Source: Candidatus Poribacteria bacterium | GTDB taxonomy: Bacteria; Poribacteria; WGA-4E; PCPOR2b | DNA length: 64,000 bases | Assembly (NCBI GenBank): GCA_965208325.1 | Contig: OZ242326.1 | Coordinates: forward strand, 4,064,001 to 4,128,000 | Direction: 5' to 3' | Notes under the pieces: model-generated | Told to the model about the DNA's origin: nothing | The model's database searches: none | The model's input: only the letters and a program-made list of their open reading frames with translations | In this document: piece after piece, positions 61,649 through 64,000 of the stretch | Position numbering within the stretch: position 1 is the stretch's first letter | Layout: each line of letters begins with the position of its first letter | Made by a program: the position numbers and the translations under genes

Positions 61649-61894
61649 TCAAGATTGCGGAATGGTCGATTTATATTTCACCAAACGGAAAAGGCCCTTC
61701 GACGGTTTGTACACCTTTTCAGGGTATTTTTCGACAAGTTTCCACACGCAGCCATTCACCGTTTTTGGATGAAAGGTTGGGTCTGATTCCTCAATCTTGG
61801 ACAGGAGTTCTGACCAACGCAGCCCCTCCGGATGCTGCTCAAGCAAATCCATTGCTATCGCGTTGATGCGCCCCGTAACTGTAGATTTGCCCAT
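61649..61894 (-). CDS. Small hypothetical protein, possibly winged helix
   Basis: 81 aa; LLEQHPEGLRWSELL..VYKPSKGLFRL pattern. Confidence 0.65.
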   Translation of the reverse strand: MGKSTVTGRINAIAMDLLEQHPEGLRWSELLSKIEESDPTFHPKTVNGCVWKLVEKYPEKVYKPSKGLFRLVKYKSTIPQS

Positions 61895-62220
61895 ATTTCA
61901 AAAATAGCCATCATACTCCACATATCCGGTGGGTACAAAAAGCGCGTCCGTATTCAAACATACCATCTGCCGCGAATGGCAACCAAGCATTTTCGGGCGG
62001 CTTACTTCAAGGATATCAATTCAATACGTGTAATCCAACGTATCTATGGCAAACGGCGGCACAACCCAAATATTTCCGCTACATTTTCTATGCGGCGCAA
62101 CTCAAACTGTCCTTGCTGGAGAGAAATTAATATGAAAATAATTGGGTTTGCCGCGCGAGTCGAAAACAAAGCGCGAATGCCGCGCCATTCGGCGCCGTCA
62201 ACGCGCCAAATAATATTAGG

Positions 62221-62308
62221 CGGAGAGAGTGGGATTTGAACCCACGGTACGGTTTCCCGTACACATGATTTCCAGTCATGCCGATTCAGCCAGCTCTCGC
62301 ATCTCTCC
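62221..62308 (-). tRNA. tRNA-Ser(GGA)
   Basis: Loop CTGGAAA, long variable arm, G73. Confidence 0.96.
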
Positions 62309-62374
62309 GGAAAGCTGATGCAAGCAGGGAAAATCAAACAGCCTGATTACCCAAAAAAAATTGAAGGAAAGTAA

Positions 62375-62446
62375 TGGAGCAGACGGGATTTGAACCCGTG
62401 ACCTCATCCGTGCGAGGGATGCGCTCTCCCTCTGAGCTACTGCCCC
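62375..62446 (-). tRNA. tRNA-Ala(CGC)
   Basis: G3:U70 pair; loop CTCGCAC. Confidence 0.95.
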
Positions 62447-62452
62447 TTTAGG

Positions 62453-62540
62453 CGGAGAGAGTGGGATTTGAACCCACGGTACGGTTTCCCGCACAGCAGT
62501 TTTCGAGACTGCCCGATTCAGCCAGCTCTCGCATCTCTCC
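62453..62540 (-). tRNA. tRNA-Ser(CGA)
   Basis: Loop CTCGAAA, long variable arm. Confidence 0.96.
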
Positions 62541-62546
62541 GTAATT

Positions 62547-63008
62547 TCAACGCCGGCGATTCTGAAAAAATGATTTTAGAAGACTGCTGCTCGCTTCTTC
62601 TAAGACACCGGATGTAACATCTACTTCGTGATTCAAACACCTGTTTTGTAACAAGTTGAACAACGTCCCAGCGGCTCCCGATTTGGGATCTGGCGCGGCA
62701 TAAACCAGGCGCGGTATGCGAGCCAAAACAATTGCGCCCGCACACATCGGACATGGCTCCAACGTCACATACAGGGTGGTGTCAATTAACCGCCAATCGC
62801 CAATCTTCCGAGAAGCCTCTCGTATAGCGATCAATTCGGCGTGGGCTGTTGGGTCGTTGGTCTGTTCTCGGAGATTGTGTGCGCGGGCAAGTTCCACGTC
62901 ATTTCTGATAATGACCGCTCCGACGGGCACTTCGCCGCGCGCAGCTCCTTGGCGCGCGGTTTCAAGCGCTTCACGCATCCAGAGCAGATCCGACATACAA
63001 CCCCGCAA
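62547..63008 (-). CDS. tadA: tRNA adenosine(34) deaminase
   Basis: GEVPVGAV, DPTAHAE, YVTLEPCPMCAGA, DPKSGA; exact start uncertain. Confidence 0.96.
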   Translation of the reverse strand: MRGCMSDLLWMREALETARQGAARGEVPVGAVIIRNDVELARAHNLREQTNDPTAHAELIAIREASRKIGDWRLIDTTLYVTLEPCPMCAGAIVLARIPRLVYAAPDPKSGAAGTLFNLLQNRCLNHEVDVTSGVLEEASSSLLKSFFQNRRR

Positions 63009-63084
63009 CCCAGATGGTAGGTTCTCGATTCCGATTGTTTGTGCCGTTCACGGAAAATCCCTACCTGCCGCGCAAAGAGAAATA

Positions 63085-63158
63085 AGCGCCTGAGAGGATT
63101 CGAACCCCCGACCTTCTGATCCGTAGTCAGATGCTCTGATCCACTGAGCTACAGGCGC
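63085..63158 (-). tRNA. tRNA-Arg(ACG)
   Basis: Loop CTACGGA; cloverleaf. Confidence 0.96.
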
Positions 63159-63165
63159 ATAGTCA

Positions 63166-63253
63166 TGGCGGAGAGGATGGGATTCGAACCCATGGTGGCT
63201 TGCGCCACAACTGCTTAGCAGGCAGCCCGATTCAACCGCTCTCGCACCTCTCC
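63166..63253 (-). tRNA. tRNA-Ser(GCT)
   Basis: Loop CTGCTAA; variable arm; GCCA end. Confidence 0.96.
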
Positions 63254-63268
63254 ACAAAATATACTGAA

Positions 63269-63356
63269 TGGCGGTGGGAGTAGGATTTGAACCCACGGTG
63301 ACTTTCGCCACAACGGTTTTCAAGACCGCCGCATTCGACCACTCTGCCATCCCACC
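63269..63356 (-). tRNA. tRNA-Ser(TGA)
   Basis: Loop CTTGAAA; variable arm; GCCA end. Confidence 0.96.
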
Positions 63357-63371
63357 TAAAAACGGTAGGTA

Positions 63372-63401
63372 ATTGTACCAAAATTAAACAGTCGTTGTCA
63401 A
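63372..63401 (-). promoter_or_regulatory. Sigma-70 promoter of the tRNA/tadA operon
   Basis: TTGACA-N18-TACAAT with TGn extended -10. Confidence 0.8.
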
Positions 63402-63555
63402 TGGAAAATCAGGCGGCGAATGCGCACTTTTTGCGTTAGTCCGACGAGAAATTCCGATGCCGTGTCTATGCATTTTTATTCCGCACGAACCGTCGATTTT
63501 TGTTGCGAAGCCTGTTTCATCCATTTTCTTAAGCCTCGACTTCTTTTATTTTGGA

Positions 63556-63905
63556 GAGCGGGAATCAGAATTCCCCCCTACAAGAATCCGACCCTTGTAG
63601 GAGCGATCTCAGAATCGCGGCCTTTATATGAAACCGCGTATTTTCTTCAAAACTCGGTTTCTTAATCGCAGCAAAACCTGTACTTTAGCCCCAGCGGGGC
63701 GGCAGGTGTATAGAAAACACAGTAACCCCCACCCCAAAGCCCCAGCGGGGCGACAGGTATATAGAATACAACATCTTCGTAGATTGTGTGGATTCGACCA
63801 CTACATCGTCAGGAATCAAGACAAGACTATCGCCCTCCCAATTCGGCCGGTCGATCCCTTCTACCAAAACCCACCCCCTGTAGGACCAATCTCCGAATCG
63901 CGACA
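63556..63905. repeat. REP-rich intergenic region
   Basis: Two copies of agccccagcggggcg(g/a)caggt(g/a)tatagaa; two gtagga..atctc.gaatcgcg units; an inverted cctacaag/cttgtagg pair. Confidence 0.7.
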
Positions 63906-64000
63906 CTCACTCGCTTCTCCACTCAGCCCAACCCACACATGCTTTACGAGCCGCTTGACTATCACACACCGCATCAGGTATATTAACAAAAAGATCGGTC

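Noticed and set aside
62044..63350. ORFs 62044-62337, 62276-62494, 63048-63350 (also 44523-44720 and 44659-44871)
   Set aside because: They are translations of tRNA genes.
63269..63356. Possible tRNA-Sec or suppressor tRNA
   Set aside because: The anticodon is TGA (reads UCA, Ser), not TCA; normal 7-bp acceptor stem.

Overview
Bacterial chromosomal window, most likely Candidatus Poribacteria. This is an inference from three PhyH dioxygenases, four LamG proteins with a W-[GA]-x-[IL]-K tail, a DUF6785-like membrane protein, and NHL, ankyrin and PD40 repeat proteins. Housekeeping content: uvrC, groES/groEL, mazG, recR-ybaB-dnaX, large SRP RNA, tadA and nine tRNAs. Accessory content: two tandem multi-PAS hybrid kinases (one missing from the ORF track), an lpoB operon ending in a MetF-like/methyltransferase-like fusion, sugar and redox enzymes, and two degenerate upstream gene duplicates. 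No transposase, integrase, Cas or reverse transcriptase gene was recognised. Best leads: (1) a shared C-terminal motif on five secreted proteins of two folds, a candidate sorting signal; (2) the MTHFR-like/SAM-MTase-like fusion; (3) three sigma-54 promoters, two with an identical 15-bp core and one driving groESL; (4) a 7 x 145-bp hairpin-rich array derived from a dispersed MITE/REP family; (5) a 45 x 10-bp minisatellite upstream of an ankyrin gene. All calls come from manual reading; no searches were run.
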